Shown here: in pieces, positions 27,541-40,749 of the stretch
Position numbering within the stretch: position 1 is the first letter of the stretch
Layout: each line of letters begins with the position of its first letter
From: Octopus sinensis
Taxonomy: Eukaryota
DNA length: 64,000 bases
NCBI RefSeq assembly: GCF_006345805.1
Contig: NC_043025.1
Span: 11,842,001-11,906,000, forward strand
Direction of reading: 5' to 3'
The notes under the pieces: model-generated
The model's input: the letters and a program-made list of their open reading frames with translations, nothing else
Database searches by the model: none
Told to the model about the DNA's origin: nothing
Translations under genes and position numbers: made by a program

Positions 27541-28510
27541 AATGCTGAAGAGAGAGATATACTATCACATACGTATGGAAAATCTCGTTCCAAACTTCAA
27601 CATTAGAGAGAATTTTAATGCACGAACTGTTGGACACTGTCGGCTTCCGAACATACCACCTTCGAAATCACAACTAAAAACACTTCACCTTGTGATGAAA
27701 AATAGGATCAGGAATGAAAATGTTTAAGAAGCGCTGATGTATAATAATAAAAGATATAATTATATTTGTGTTTGTTTTGATATTAAGACTGAACAAAAAA
27801 TCGTTTTTTTTGCAAAAAAAAATTGGATCTGAATTTGCACCCACTAAGCAAAGTTTGTTACTGGACTATTGAATGTACCTTAAGAATATAAAAATATGAA
27901 ACAAAGCTATATAGGCCTGTAGGATGACTTACGAGCAGTCAGTCAGAACCAATTGTGGGCGCAAGTCGACAACACCCTGTATCATCATCATCATCATCAT
28001 CGTTTAACGTCCGCTTTCCATGCTAGCATGGGTTGGACGGTTCAACTGGGGTCTGGCAAGCCCGAAGGCTGCACCAGGCCAGTCAGATCTGGCAGTGTTT
28101 CTACAGCTGGATGCCCTTCCTAACGCCAAATACTCCATGAGTGTAGTGAGTGATTTTATGTGCCACCGACACAGGTGCCAGACGAGGCTGGCAGACGGCC
28201 ACGCTCGGATGGTGTTTTTTATGTGCCACCGACACAGGTGCCAGACGAGGCTGGCAGATGGCCATGCTCGGATGGTGTTTTCTTATGTGCCACCGACACA
28301 GGTGCCAGACGAGGCTGGCGAACGGCCACGATCGGATGGTGTTTGTTACATGCCCACAGCACGGAGGCCAGTCGATGTGGTACTGGCTACGGTCACGTTC
28401 GGATGGTTTTCTTATGTGCCACCGGCACTGGTACCACAAGGATACAAATTCCATTGATGTTCATCTATTTTGATTTGGTTTGATTTGATTTGATTTGATT
28501 TGATTTGATT

Positions 28511-28559
<49 letters not shown>

Positions 28560-28764
28560 AGTAGGTGAATGATTATCCTATGTTTATCGTCAGCATGGAA
28601 AATTCGTTGAACCGAAACAAGAGGAAAGCAAATTCACGTCAGAAACACAGTTGAAGCGACCTGTCCAAGGGTAGAAACTCCGGGTTTATTTGCAGAAATT
28701 TGTGTGTTATATATGAATAAATGAAAGAATGGAGTCGAACGAAGATGTTACCAAAATTCCTTTA

Positions 28765-28846
28765 CTCTCGACATATGTTTCGAAGACCACATGATTTCAT
28801 TCCAAAGGAATAAAGAGTGTATGATGCAATGTACTCATCAGGAAAG
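28765..28846 (-). ncRNA. Type I hammerhead ribozyme motif, left arm of an inverted pair
   Basis: CUUUC-CUGAUGA-...-GAAA-CAUAU-GUC-GAGAG; palindrome ACAUAUGU; degenerate mirror copy at 28929-29009 (+) has AAAA for GAAA. Confidence 0.6.
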
Positions 28847-29054
28847 AAAGGGAGCCTCTCTCGGCAACAAGACAAACAAAAATTTCGATGACTGTCTACA
28901 TGGTGAACAAAACGACAATGAGTGATTTTTTCCTGATGAGAAAATTGCATCATACACCCTTTATTTCTTTGGAATGAAACCATGTGGTCTTCAAAACATA
29001 CGTCGAGAGTAAAGGAATTTTGTTAACAGCTTCGTTCAAACAACTCATTCTTTC

Positions 29055-29101
<47 letters not shown>

Positions 29102-29264
29102 GTAGTTCCCGGGTTGAGTCGGGGTTAACCACAGTAATAAGGTACTCAATACATGGCAGAGTAAATTATTTATTTTATAGAAGGAGCTTCTACAGGACTA
29201 GAACTGTTTCATTCAAATGAAATTGAATGAAACAGTTCTAGTCCTGTAGAAGCTCCTTCTATAA

Positions 29265-29297
<33 letters not shown>

Positions 29298-29754
29298 AAG
29301 GATAAAAAGGGACACACGAGTTGATATATATGAAAAAACAAGTCAAGATAGAAAATGCTAAAATATTTTATAAAGAACATTTCAGTACCGGTTTCGGTCA
29401 TTTGAGACCTCAAATAATTAAATTTAGAAATTCTAAATTTAATTATTTGATAGTTACAGTTGAAAAGGTCTCAAATGACCGAAACCGGTACTGAAATGTT
29501 CTTTATAAAAATATTTTAGCATTTCTTGACTTGTTTTTTCATATATATACTTTATTTAAAAGCAGGAGAAATTCAACAAAGCCTGTTACTCTGAGTTTGT
29601 TAACAAAAACTGTCCGATGAACAGCAACGTGAAACTCAGAGTAACAGGTTTTGTTGAATTTCTGCTGCTTTTAAATAAAGTATATTACTCTACCCCTGGT
29701 ATTTGAGTACTCTTTTTTCCACCTTGTTTCACATTTATGTGTTTACTCCGGTAT

Positions 29755-29791
<37 letters not shown>

Positions 29792-30472
29792 CACACACCA
29801 CACACATATATATATATATATATAAAGTGTCTTACTCAAGAACAAAACCGACAGCCCAGTCCGCGAATCGAACTCACTAACCTCGTGACCACTGTAACCA
29901 CTGAGCCGAGAGAGAGAGCAGGAGAGAACAAGACACACACACACACGTGTGTGAAACCACCTGCTGTTGGTGGCAGTAGCGAACAGTAATCACAGCAGCA
30001 GTGACATTAAAAGTTATAAATAGTTCACCTGTGTCTCACCACTCCCGATGCCTGGACACAGATGGATAACAACAATAATAAGAGACCAACCGTGTTTAAT
30101 ATTTGATGTATTCATACGTTTAGAAGTCTCTGGTGATTCACTCTGAACGTATGTATGTAGGATATATTATATTCGCTCATGCATGCGGTCCCCAATACGT
30201 ATATATCAACGGAAACGGAATGTATTGAAAAGAAGTCAAGGCTTGCATATTAAACATTAATATCTACACACCTACGTATACATAGGTATTTCTACGTAGA
30301 AGCACGTATACAGGTGTGTTTAAGGTGTGACGTGAGTACCGTCATGTTGACACAGTACACAAAAGCGGACGTTTGGAGTGAAATACTCTGATATATATAT
30401 ATATATATATATAAAGAATAGGACTAAGTGGGACAGCTTTTCATACCGCAGGTCGAAAGCAAGGGAGCAGTT

Positions 30473-30946
30473 ATGGAGAGAAATCCGCATGATTTCGCAT
30501 CGGCCCCTGTTATCAGCCACGAAGAAGTACACACAACGGCCCCGACTGTGTCACACACCATCGTTGTAGACCCTTCCGAAAAATACAGGGCCGCCGAGTA
30601 CAGTAAAAGGGACAACAACGTTAACCTTGACAAAACCGCTGCCCCGGTTGTGGTTCAAGGAAGCAAACAGTCCGAGAAACCGAAGGACTTCGTCAACACC
30701 TCTTGTTTTGTAATTCTCGCTTGTAATTTCATATTTGGTCTCCTTGGCAGACATTACGGACTTAAATCGAATTATGCCTGGCAACTCGGCGACATGGATA
30801 CTGCGAAGAAGCAGTCCAAAAGGGCCTTGATATTCAATGTCGTTGGTATAATATGCGGCCTTTTGACATACACTTTGGCACTTGTACTTTATTTAACGGT
30901 TTACCGAACTAAGGCCCCACCTTTGAGACCAGGTACATTTGGCTAA
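30473..30946 (+). CDS. CD225/dispanin (IFITM/PRRT-like) family membrane protein, copy 1, 157 aa
   Basis: Low-complexity N-terminus, then PKDF...ACNFIFGLLG..Y.LKS...GDMDTAKKQSKRALIFNVVGIICG and a C-terminal hydrophobic helix, matching the CD225 pattern. ATG at 30473 follows a plausible acceptor (tttcataccgcag, ends 30451). Confidence 0.8.
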   Translation: MERNPHDFASAPVISHEEVHTTAPTVSHTIVVDPSEKYRAAEYSKRDNNVNLDKTAAPVVVQGSKQSEKPKDFVNTSCFVILACNFIFGLLGRHYGLKSNYAWQLGDMDTAKKQSKRALIFNVVGIICGLLTYTLALVLYLTVYRTKAPPLRPGTFG

Positions 30947-31885
30947 ACCGTCTGTTTCTTCATCCTTTGCTCACCTTATGGAAGGGAAGCATATATACAC
31001 ACACACACACCAACCGGATTACGAGGGAGCTCCTACGTGGTTGTCCATCTGCGCGATAATGGTTAAATCTTCCTCAAATAATATACAAATAATAATACAA
31101 TCGGATTTTAAAAAGATGAGACCGAAGGACATCTTGATGGATGGGATGCGTAGAAACTGGGGCCATGAATGGAATGTCTTTTAATCACAGGCTGGGTTCA
31201 GTGTTGTCTTGACCTAAAACAACATCTACCATCCGAATTCGTACTCACACACCTATTTTTATTCAACTATTTCTGGCAGGAATATACAGAGGAAATGTTT
31301 AAATTTACCTGGAAAAAGAAAAAGAAACTTGTTCTACGAATTGAACCGAATTCAGGATTTTTAAAAAAGAAAAAGTGGAGGGGAGCATTGTAAATAATTA
31401 TTTTTCTATAATTTGGTTTATAGCAAAAAAAAAGAAAAGAAAGAAATTGTAATATAATCGATTCAAATTTGTTAAAATTTGGTCTAAATTGTTGGATTGT
31501 GTTTTTGACAAAATATCATAGGGTAAGTGATTTTCGTCCTTAAATTATTGCGACAAACTATTCTTTATAAACACACACACACACAGATTGTGCGGTATAT
31601 GTGGAAGGGGCCAGCCCGCTTTTGGGCACAAGAGTGTCCCAAATGGGCCAATTATGGGACCAGACCTATTATATGCGAGGGAACCACCTGCCAATTAAGG
31701 AAAAAACGAAAACTTTGACTCTATCACTTTTGTGTATGTGTGTTTGTATCGTTTACTGTTGAATCTCGAAAAAAAAAAAGTATTCGTTACCATAATTTAA
31801 TTATTTCATCTTGATCGGGTCACTCTCTTGCAACTCCGTTTCATTTAGGGGTACATTAGGGGTCTTTAGTTGTAACTTGCCTGAT

Positions 31886-31918
<33 letters not shown>

Positions 31919-31985
31919 TATATATAAAGAATAGGACTAAGTGGGACAGCTTTTCATACCGCAGGTCGAAAGCAAGGGAGCAGTT

Positions 31986-32459
31986 ATGGAGAGAAATCCG
32001 CATGATTTCGCATCGGCCCCTGTTATCAGCCACGAAGAAGTACACACAACGGCCCCGACTGTGTCACACACCATCGTTGTAGACCCTTCCGAAAAATACA
32101 GGGCCGCCGAGTACAGTAAAAGGGACAACAACGTTAACCTTGACAAAACCGCTGCCCCGGTTGTGGTTCAAGGAAGCAAACAGTCCGAGAAACCGAAGGA
32201 CTTCGTCAACACCTCTTGTTTTGTAATTCTCGCTTGTAATTTCATATTTGGTCTCCTTGGCAGACATTACGGACTTAAATCGAATTATGCCTGGCAACTC
32301 GGCGACATGGATACTGCGAAGAAGCAGTCCAAAAGGGCCTTGATATTCAATGTCGTTGGTATAATATGCGGCCTTTTGACATACACTTTGGCACTTGTAC
32401 TTTATTTAACGGTTTACCGAACTAAGGCCCCACCTTTGAGACCAGGTACATTTGGCTAA
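31986..32459 (+). CDS. CD225/dispanin family membrane protein, copy 2 (identical protein)
   Basis: Same translation as copy 1, offset 1513 bp; may be a very recent duplicate or an assembly duplication. Confidence 0.65.
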   Translation: MERNPHDFASAPVISHEEVHTTAPTVSHTIVVDPSEKYRAAEYSKRDNNVNLDKTAAPVVVQGSKQSEKPKDFVNTSCFVILACNFIFGLLGRHYGLKSNYAWQLGDMDTAKKQSKRALIFNVVGIICGLLTYTLALVLYLTVYRTKAPPLRPGTFG

Positions 32460-33406
32460 ACCGTCTTACCGTCTGTTTCTTCATCCTTTGCTCACCTTAT
32501 GGAAGGGAAGCATATATACACACACACACACCAACCGGATTACGAGGGAGCTCCTACGTGGTTGTCCATCTGCGCGATAATGGTTAAATCTTCCTCAAAT
32601 AATATACAAATAATAATACAATCGGATTTTAAAAAGATGAGACCGAAGGACATCTTGATGGATGGGATGCGTAGAAACTGGGGCCATGAATGGAATGTCT
32701 TTTAATCACAGGCTGGGTTCAGTGTTTGTCTTGACCTAAAACAACATCTACCATCCGAATTCGTACTCACACACCTATTTTTATTCAACTATTTCTGGCA
32801 GGAATATACAGAGGAAATGTTTAAATTTACCTGGAAAAAGAAAAAGAAACTTGTTCTACGAATTGAACCGAATTCAGGATTTTTAAAAAAGAAAAAGTGG
32901 AGGGGAGCATTGTAAATAATTATTTTCTATAATTTGGTTTATAGCAAAAAAAAAAAGAAAAGAAAGAAATTGTAATATAATCGATTCAAATTTGTTAAAA
33001 TTTGGTCTAAATTGTTGGATTGTGTTTTTGACAAAATATCATAGGGTAAGTGATTTTCGTCCTTAAATTATTGCGACAAACTATTCTTTATAAACACACA
33101 CACACACAGATTGTGCGGTATGTGTGGAAGGGGCCAGCCCGCTTTTGGGCACAAGAGTGTCCCAAATGGGCCAATTATGGGACCAGACCTATTATATGCG
33201 AGGGAACCACCTGCCAATTAAGGAAAAAACGAAAACTTTGACTCTATCACTTTTGTGTATGTGTGTTTGTAATCGTTTACTGTTGAATCTCGAAAAAAAA
33301 AAAGTATTCGTTACCATAATTTAATTATTCATCTTGATCGGGTCACTCTCTTGCAACTCCGTTTCATTTAGGGGTACATTAGGGGTCTTTAGTTGTAACT
33401 TGCCTG

Positions 33407-33449
<43 letters not shown>

Positions 33450-34599
33450 CTTTATAATTAGGGTTCAGCAAAGATTTGCTTTACCACATAGTTAAGGATA
33501 CTTAAATATTACTTTAGTTTACCGTGAAATGGTCCTTTTAACATGCTGAATTCTACTTGGTGAAACTATTGATTAATTAATTAATTAATTTTACCTTTTG
33601 TTATTATATATATATATATATATATTTATATATAATAAATAAATATAAGGGTAGCAAAAAAATTCTCCGCTACCAGCGGTCTAGTGAGAAAGAAAGGATA
33701 GTCAAAGACTACATAATATACATTCAACAATATAAGGAATGGCCCTGATAGGCCATTCGACTCACTAGAATGAATTACAACTATTTAGCGGTTTGAGTTT
33801 GGCTGCTCTTTCTAGTGAGTCGAATGGCCTATTAGGGCCATTCCTTATATTGTTGAATATATATATTGTTATATTTCGGAATTGTCATATTGCCAGTTTA
33901 GCCAATATTTAAACGTGTATATATATATATTATCAATAATAATAAAGGGTAAAATTAATTACTTAATTAATTAGTAATTAATAATTCCACCAAGTAGTAT
34001 CCGGCTTGTTAAAAGGACCATTTCTCAGTAATACTTAAACAATATTTTTTAAAATAATTACGAGTATAATTATAATTAGGATTCAGCAAAAAAAAAAGAA
34101 AAATTGCTTAACCACATACCGAACTTTAGAAATAGCAGCCAAAAAAACTTAGCTATTTCTTCTACTATAAGAAGCAACCCCCAGAGTTTATAATTGTTGA
34201 TTTCTAAAGTTCGGTATGTGGTATATCCCATACCGTCTTCATCTTGCCTGGGCTTACATCATTTTAAAAGGGACCCTGCCTTCTTGCTTTTATTACAATT
34301 GAAGTGGAGCCTTACATTCCACATTTTGCCAACGTCCCTTATTGTCATTTGAAACGGGGGTCCCCCGCATTCCACACTTTACCTTGTCTAATTAATTACA
34401 AGCTTTGCATGGTCCTGGGTGTAGGCCACGCCACGACCCGTGGCAAAATTTGAAACTCCTTCCTGAAGGACTTCCCCCGAAAATCTCTGTATGAGCAATA
34501 TAAAATGTGGGCGATCCTTCGGTATTGGTACCGTAAGTGGCTTTTGTTTACATTTCTGAAGATAACAGAAACCCTTTTCCCCCAACCCCTCCCCATATA

Positions 34600-34994
34600 T
34601 CTTTATATATAAAAGAGAAGTTGTGTGTCTATCTCCTACGATCTAGATTCCTAACTACTCCCACATTTTGCGGTGCAGTCTAACCAAAAGCAGGTATCTT
34701 ATAGTCGTGATTCATATCGAGCCCTTCTGGGTATTAGCGCGCGTCTACAATGAATCTACGATTTTAAAAATAATTTACCATCATTTTTTTCCATTTTAAT
34801 GCATTTTTTCGCTATTATGTAAGGGAAGTAACTCTCTAAAAATGTCTACGATGAATTAACGATTTAAAAAAAAATTTACCATTTTTTTCCCATTTTTAAT
34901 GCATTTTTTTGCTATTTTTTGGCTATAACTCTCTAAAAATGCTTACATAGTTATTTCCCTTACAAACCCGAGCAACGCCGGGCGATACTGCTAG
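34600..34994 (+). mobile_element. Non-autonomous Helitron
   Basis: A|TC 5' end, subterminal hairpin CCCG...CGGG, CTAG|T 3' end; further copies at 46167-46469 (+) and 16663-16970 (-). Confidence 0.8.
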
Positions 34995-36177
34995 TATATA
35001 TATATAAAAAAAAAACACTTCCTTGAAATGTATCCGGTACCTATACCGAAGTGACGCCTGGCAGGGGTATTGCTAGGGTTACTCTTTACGTAATCCAACA
35101 GATGTTATAAAAACTATGAATTTGTAAAAATTAAAGATCCTTTATTTTTTTCCACACTCGTGTGACCCCTCCTGACCTTCAAAAATTTGTAGTTCACCCC
35201 TGATATTAAAAAGGTTCCTATCCATTCTCCATGCAAGTGGTTCGACGTGCTAGAAACGAAGCCAAATCCCTTATATCACACCCTGTTGTCTTAAACCTTT
35301 GCCCATCCAAAGTATTTTTATAAGTTTACCCATACTTTTTTTCAGACTTTTAGCTTGACCTTGCTTCATACTTTCTGAGAAGTACTAACGCTTAACTTTC
35401 AGTAGTCCTACGTTACTTTGGTAATTGAAAAAGTAACGGGGATCCATTCGGTTTGAACGGCAGATTTTTAAAATAATTTCCACGTAACTAAACACTTTTA
35501 AACTTCGTATACTGGTAGAATGTGTTTATAAAACATCTTTTTCTCTTGGCTTTATTGAGAAAATTCTATAGTTTGTAAGATATTTGTTGTTGTTTTTCTT
35601 CAATTTCTGCAATTTCAACCAATCAATGACGTCTATTGAGGTAAAGTACATTCTTGCCATATGAATATGTCCCTCGTTTGGATCTTTTCGGTTTGAACGG
35701 CAGTTTTTAACATAATTTCTAGGTGATTAAAAAATGTTAAAATTCGTATCCTGGTAGAATGTGTTTATAAAACATCTTTTTTCTCTTGGCTTTATTGAGA
35801 AAATTCTATAGTTTGTAAGATATTAGTTCTTTAATTTCATGCATTTCAGCATACCTCCCTTGTACATGCGCATGCACACATACTCAGAGTTGAAACGCTG
35901 TTTGATTTTTCTTTTCAGCATTGAATGTTCACCCTCCCACTTCCATCCACGCACGCACACACACACAAACATTCACATACTTCCCTTTTACATACACACA
36001 CATATACTCATGCAAAGTGAGTGGCTGTGTGGTAAGTAGCTTGCTTACCAACCACATGGTTCCGGGTTCAGTCCCACTGCTTGGCATCTTGGGCAAGTGT
36101 CTTCTGCTATAGCCCCTGGCCGACAAAGCCTTGTGAGTGGATTTGGTAGACGGAAACTGAAAGAAGCCCATCGTATA

Positions 36178-36234
<57 letters not shown>

Positions 36235-36639
36235 TACATATATATATGTCTGGTCTGTGTTTGTCCCCCTAGCATTGCTTGATAACCGATGCTGGTGTGC
36301 TTACGTCCCCGTCACTTAGCGGTTCGGCAAAAGAGACCGATAGAATAAGTACTAGGCTTGCAAAGAATAAGTCCCGGGGTCCTGTAAATGTTTTCCTGCG
36401 ACATTTTTTCTTATGCCCTTTTTTTTTTTTTTTTTTACATTTTTTTTCTCTCTCTCCTGAATTCCTTAAACCTGATCAGATATCTCCGATAACAGACACA
36501 TCTCAGGTCCCACTCTGTTTTGAGAATAGAAACCCGTCCTCTTTAAAGAATTCACATGTAAATTAAAGCCAGTTTTTCTTTTCTTTTTCTTTTTTTTTTC
36601 TGTGGAGCCCCGAAGGTTTGACAATGTTCATATATACTA

Positions 36640-37263
36640 TTGGGTTGTCTGGAAAGTTTGTGCCGATTTATAGTAGCTTAGCTTTTGACTTACCCTCCCA
36701 GGCACCTCAATTCTGGGAAGAGGGTATTTTCAAGTTCTTTCCACATATTCAGGTCTCTGCAGAATGGTAAAAATTTCAATTCCTTGGATGATGTAAAAAG
36801 ATACCTTGATGAATTCTTTGCCATGAAACCACCTCAGTTCTGGGAAGAGGGTATTTTCAAATTAAAGGAAAGATGGAGACGCATTGTGCAACAAAATGGT
36901 TCATATTTGGTTGATTAAAAATGTGTGACCCCCAAAGTCCATCCTCTCCTCACTGTGGTGGGGACGCTAGCAACGGGTAGTGTCAGAGCTATGCCACCCA
37001 AAGCAGATTGGTCTGACACTGAGAGGTATTACGGCCACAACCTGGCAGACGGGGCTCTGGTGAAAATCCTCGAAGTGTCTGTTTCGGCAACCGGCGGCTC
37101 CTCGGTCGTTCTGCCCCTGCGTCTGCGGACACTCTGCGGCAAACAGGATGTCTCTACATACGGGATTGTTCGGGACCGCTAAAGGGTTAAAAATGCAATG
37201 ACAAGTCTTTATTGACCTTTTTCTTTCCTTTAAGAATCGGCAAGAGCTTTCCGGACGACCCCA
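36640..37263 (+). mobile_element. Second copy of the mariner derivative with a nested insertion of about 270 bp (36925-37190)
   Basis: Same TIR and transposase C-terminus as 62411-62978; part of the insert recurs inverted at about 44200-44315. Confidence 0.8.
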
Positions 37264-38054
37264 TAAAACTGACATTGCTTTCAGTGCCTTATCTCACTCA
37301 AATATTTCAGAAAACACACCTGCCTCAGACTTCTGCCTTGCTTTTATACTCTGGATATTTTAAATTAAAGATCTTTTTTCCTTTTATTTGTATCCACAAG
37401 AAGGGTGTTAACTGTTCATTAACCAAAGCTATTTATTTAACTTAAAACTTTTCCAAAATATATATTTATATTTTTTTATAAATTGGAAGAGAATTGGTCA
37501 CCAGGAGGATTATAAATGTTTTTTTTTTTTTTTTTTTTTTTTTTATATCACGATGAAAATAGTTAAACATTGCAGGAAAGATTCCACATTCCATAATGCA
37601 AAATAAAGATTTTTTTAAAAAAACACTTCAGAAGTTTTCACTGTATTTTTTCTCGTTAATTAATATTGACTTGTATCCATGATCTTATAATCATAGTTTC
37701 ATTTCCAGGAATGGGCGGTGCCACCAGCACGGAAGCCAATCAAGGCGGCGCTGGCATCGGCCACGTACGGATGGTGCTTTTTACGTGCCACCAACACAGG
37801 TATCACAACTACAATTTCCATTTGATTTTTTGCTCCTCAAGCACAGCAGGTTGCCCTACGATCCAAGGTAAGTACAGCAGGCCCTCCTGCGATCCAAGGC
37901 ACTTTGGAAGGGCTGGGTCTTCTATGTGAACCTACCTGAAAATTTCCCATTTCTATGAATTAAACTAAATGTATTAATAGGATTTTAGAAAAAAAAATCT
38001 CTCATCAAAATTACATGTTAATTGGTATGCCAACCGCAAGCATAATAACAACGG

Positions 38055-38649
38055 CGCAGGAGTGGCTGTCTGGTAAGTAGCTTGCTAACCAACCACATGG
38101 TTCCGGGTTCAGTCCCACTGTGTGGCATCTTGGGCAAGTGTCTTCTGCTATAGCCCCAGGCCGACCAATGCCTTGTGAGTGGATTTGGTAGACAGAAACT
38201 GAAAGAAGCCTGTCGTATATATGTATATATATATGTTTGTGTGTCTGTGTTTGTCCCTCTAGCATTGCTTGACAACCGATGCTGGTGTGTTTACGTCCCC
38301 GTCACTTAGCGGTTCGGTAAAAGAGACCAATAGAATAAGTACTGGGCTTACAAAAGTATAAGTCCCGGGGTCGATTTGCTCGACTAAAGGCGGTGCTCCA
38401 GCATGGAGGCAGTCAAATAACTGAAACAAGTAAAAGAGTAAAAAAGAGAGAGAGAGTATGCCAATCGCAAGCATAATAACAACGGCGCAGGAGTGGCTGT
38501 GTGGTAAGTAGCTTGCTAACCAACCACATGGTTCCGGGTTCAGTCCCACTGCATGGCACCTTGGGCAAGTGTCTTCTACTATAGCCTCGGGACCGACCAA
38601 AGCCTTGTGAGTGGATTTGGTAGATGGAAACTGAAAGAAGCCTGTCGTA

Positions 38650-38682
<33 letters not shown>

Positions 38683-39120
38683 GTGTGTATGTTTGTGGTT
38701 GTCCCCCTAGCGTTGCTTGACAACCGATGCTGGTGTGTTTATGTCCCCGTTACTTAGCAGTTCGGCAAAAAAAAAAACCGATAGAATAAGTACTGGGCTT
38801 ACAAAAGAATAAGTCCCAGGGTCGATTTGCTCGACTAAAAGGGCGGTGCTCCAGCATGGCCGCAGTCAAATGACTGAAACGAGTAAAAGAGTATATATAT
38901 ATATGTGTGTGTGTGTCTGTGTTTGTCCCTCTAGCATTGCTTGACAACCGATGCTGGTGTGTTTATGAACCCGTTACTTAGCAGTTCGGTAAAAGAGACC
39001 AATAGAATAATTACTGGGCTTAAAAAAGAATAAGTCCCGGGGTCGTTTTGCTCGACTAAAAAAAGGCAGTGCTCCAGCATGGCCGCAGTCAAATGACTGA
39101 AACAAGTAAAAGAGAAATAA
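38055..39120 (+). mobile_element. Cluster of an abundant tRNA-headed SINE (ggagtggctgtgtggtaagtagc... head, TA spacer, ...gtaaaagag tail)
   Basis: More than 15 copies across the window, e.g. about 14945-15315, 17080-17485, 24845-25775, 26025-26760, 36015-36385, 44320-44735, 46985-47625, 58945-59520, 60765-61155. Confidence 0.85.
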
Positions 39121-39334
39121 GAGAGTAAAGAGGTTGTTTTACCAAATTCTTTATTATTTTCAAAATTAGTTACAACAAAGGCAGCGCATTTTAACAGAAA
39201 TATGGTAAACACAGTTCTTGGCTCGGATTAAGCAACACCACCACCAACAACAACAACATCATATTGTTCTTTTAAAAGAGACGCGTGTGAGGAGTTGAGA
39301 GTTCCTGCTGAATGTGAAAATAACCCAGTAAGTA

Positions 39335-39446
39335 TTATTCCGGAACCTTTCGAATATATTTGGAGCAGAATCTATGCTGGAAGATCTTTATCAGTCCCTT
39401 TAGGGTTGACATACTGGAGTCTTGGTACCCGCCACCAAAATGATTC
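39335..39446 (-). CDS. FN3K: FN3K-like terminal coding exon
   Basis: ttttttcttttgcag acceptor; completes W then NHFGGGYQDSSMSTLKGLIK...VPE and TAA; WNHFG is the family C-terminal motif; not in the ORF track. Confidence 0.9.
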
Positions 39447-40703
39447 CTGCAAAAGAAAAAAAATTGTTTTTACTAAATGATAACTTCATCTTCACCATCA
39501 TCATCATCATTTAACCCTTTAGCATTTAAACTGACCATATCCGGCCAAAAGTATTCGGCCTGTTCCATGTTCAAACTGGCCAGATCTGGTCTCTCACGCC
39601 AACCCTACAATATCGTTTTTAAAAACTAATAAGAATTGTTCCTTGTCTGTTGTTGGTGAAGACACAAAATTTACCATTTATGATAATGAGGATGTTAATG
39701 AATTTGTATCCTTCTGTTACTTAATCAGTTTTTTTGTATCAATTGACTGACTTGACATTACATTTGACAGTAGCCATCCCCCCTTCAAATACTGCCCCTC
39801 CTCTTTAATCAAGGAGCGGGCCTTTTGCTTATGGTTTTCCAGTCTTGTGAGGTACTTGGTAGCCTTCCTAATGCTGGTGGCATGAAGAAAACAGCACCCA
39901 GCGCATTCTGCAAATTGGTCGGCATTGGAAGGGCACCCAGCTATTGAAACCAGGCCAAAGCTGACATTGGCACCCATCACAGCCCTGCTACTTGCCAGAT
40001 CATGTCAAATCATCCAACACGGACAGCAGATGATCGATTGATGATGAGGATCAGGATGATATAAAGTTGTGACATATAACCATTATTTACATCATAAGAG
40101 ATATTAATAAACCATGTATTAGTTAGCAAACTCCTGTGTAGACGAGTAAGGAATGAAGGGAGAACCTGTTGTTAGCTAAGAAGACTGAGACAAAACGGTC
40201 ATATTGACTGGTGGCAACGGTTTCAATAATATAGCTGTTGTAGTCAGGCTTGAATTCACGACTACATAGTTCGGTGGTTCCAGGGGCATGTGCAGCCTGC
40301 CAGGTATCTTTCTGGCAGCCCCTGATGGTCTTTCCTCTATAAATATAATAGATTTTTCTTTCATTAACTTGTGTTTTACTATTTTGGTACAGATCCTACC
40401 AAAAAATCCAGGTTTTGGCACCTTGCTGTACTCAAGAAGACTATTGCTTCACAGCAGAAGTGTTAAGATCGGTCCACCAAGTGGTGTAAAGCACCTGTGG
40501 CCATGCCATGTAAGAACACCCAGCACACTGTAATGTGGTTGGTGTTAGGAAGGGCATCCAGCCGTTGAAACCATGCCTAATCCGACAGGAGTCTGGTACA
40601 GTTTCAGAATGGAGTCATGTGTTACAGTTCTGTATTTGAGAGATGAGGAATTATGTACATTATTTACATTTGACAGATGTTTGTTCTCATCTTGTTTGTT
40701 GTT

Positions 40704-40749
40704 AACACAACGTTTCGGCTGATGTGCCCTCCAGCCTTCATCAGTTGTC
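40704..40749 (-). ncRNA. Minimal type I hammerhead motif, sense strand of the last FN3K-like intron
   Basis: CUGAUGA-A-GGCUG/CAGCC helix II-GAAA-C-GUU; palindrome AACGUU; helix I weak. Confidence 0.5.

Noticed and set aside
27544-27600. CTGAAGA...GAAA hammerhead-like match (also 34554 and 60133)
   Set aside because: Helices I and III cannot be formed and there is no correctly placed UH triplet.
27541-27980. Unique-looking segment with a short ORF (27542-27727)
   Set aside because: No recognisable domain or convincing splice sites.
30424-30784. Antisense ORFs over the CD225 gene
   Set aside because: Short shadows of the sense ORF without motifs.
40105-40340. Possible terminal exon (myosin tail) on the minus strand after a tttatag acceptor
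   Set aside because: No recognisable motif in any frame; it lies inside the last FN3K-like intron and between halves of a MITE.
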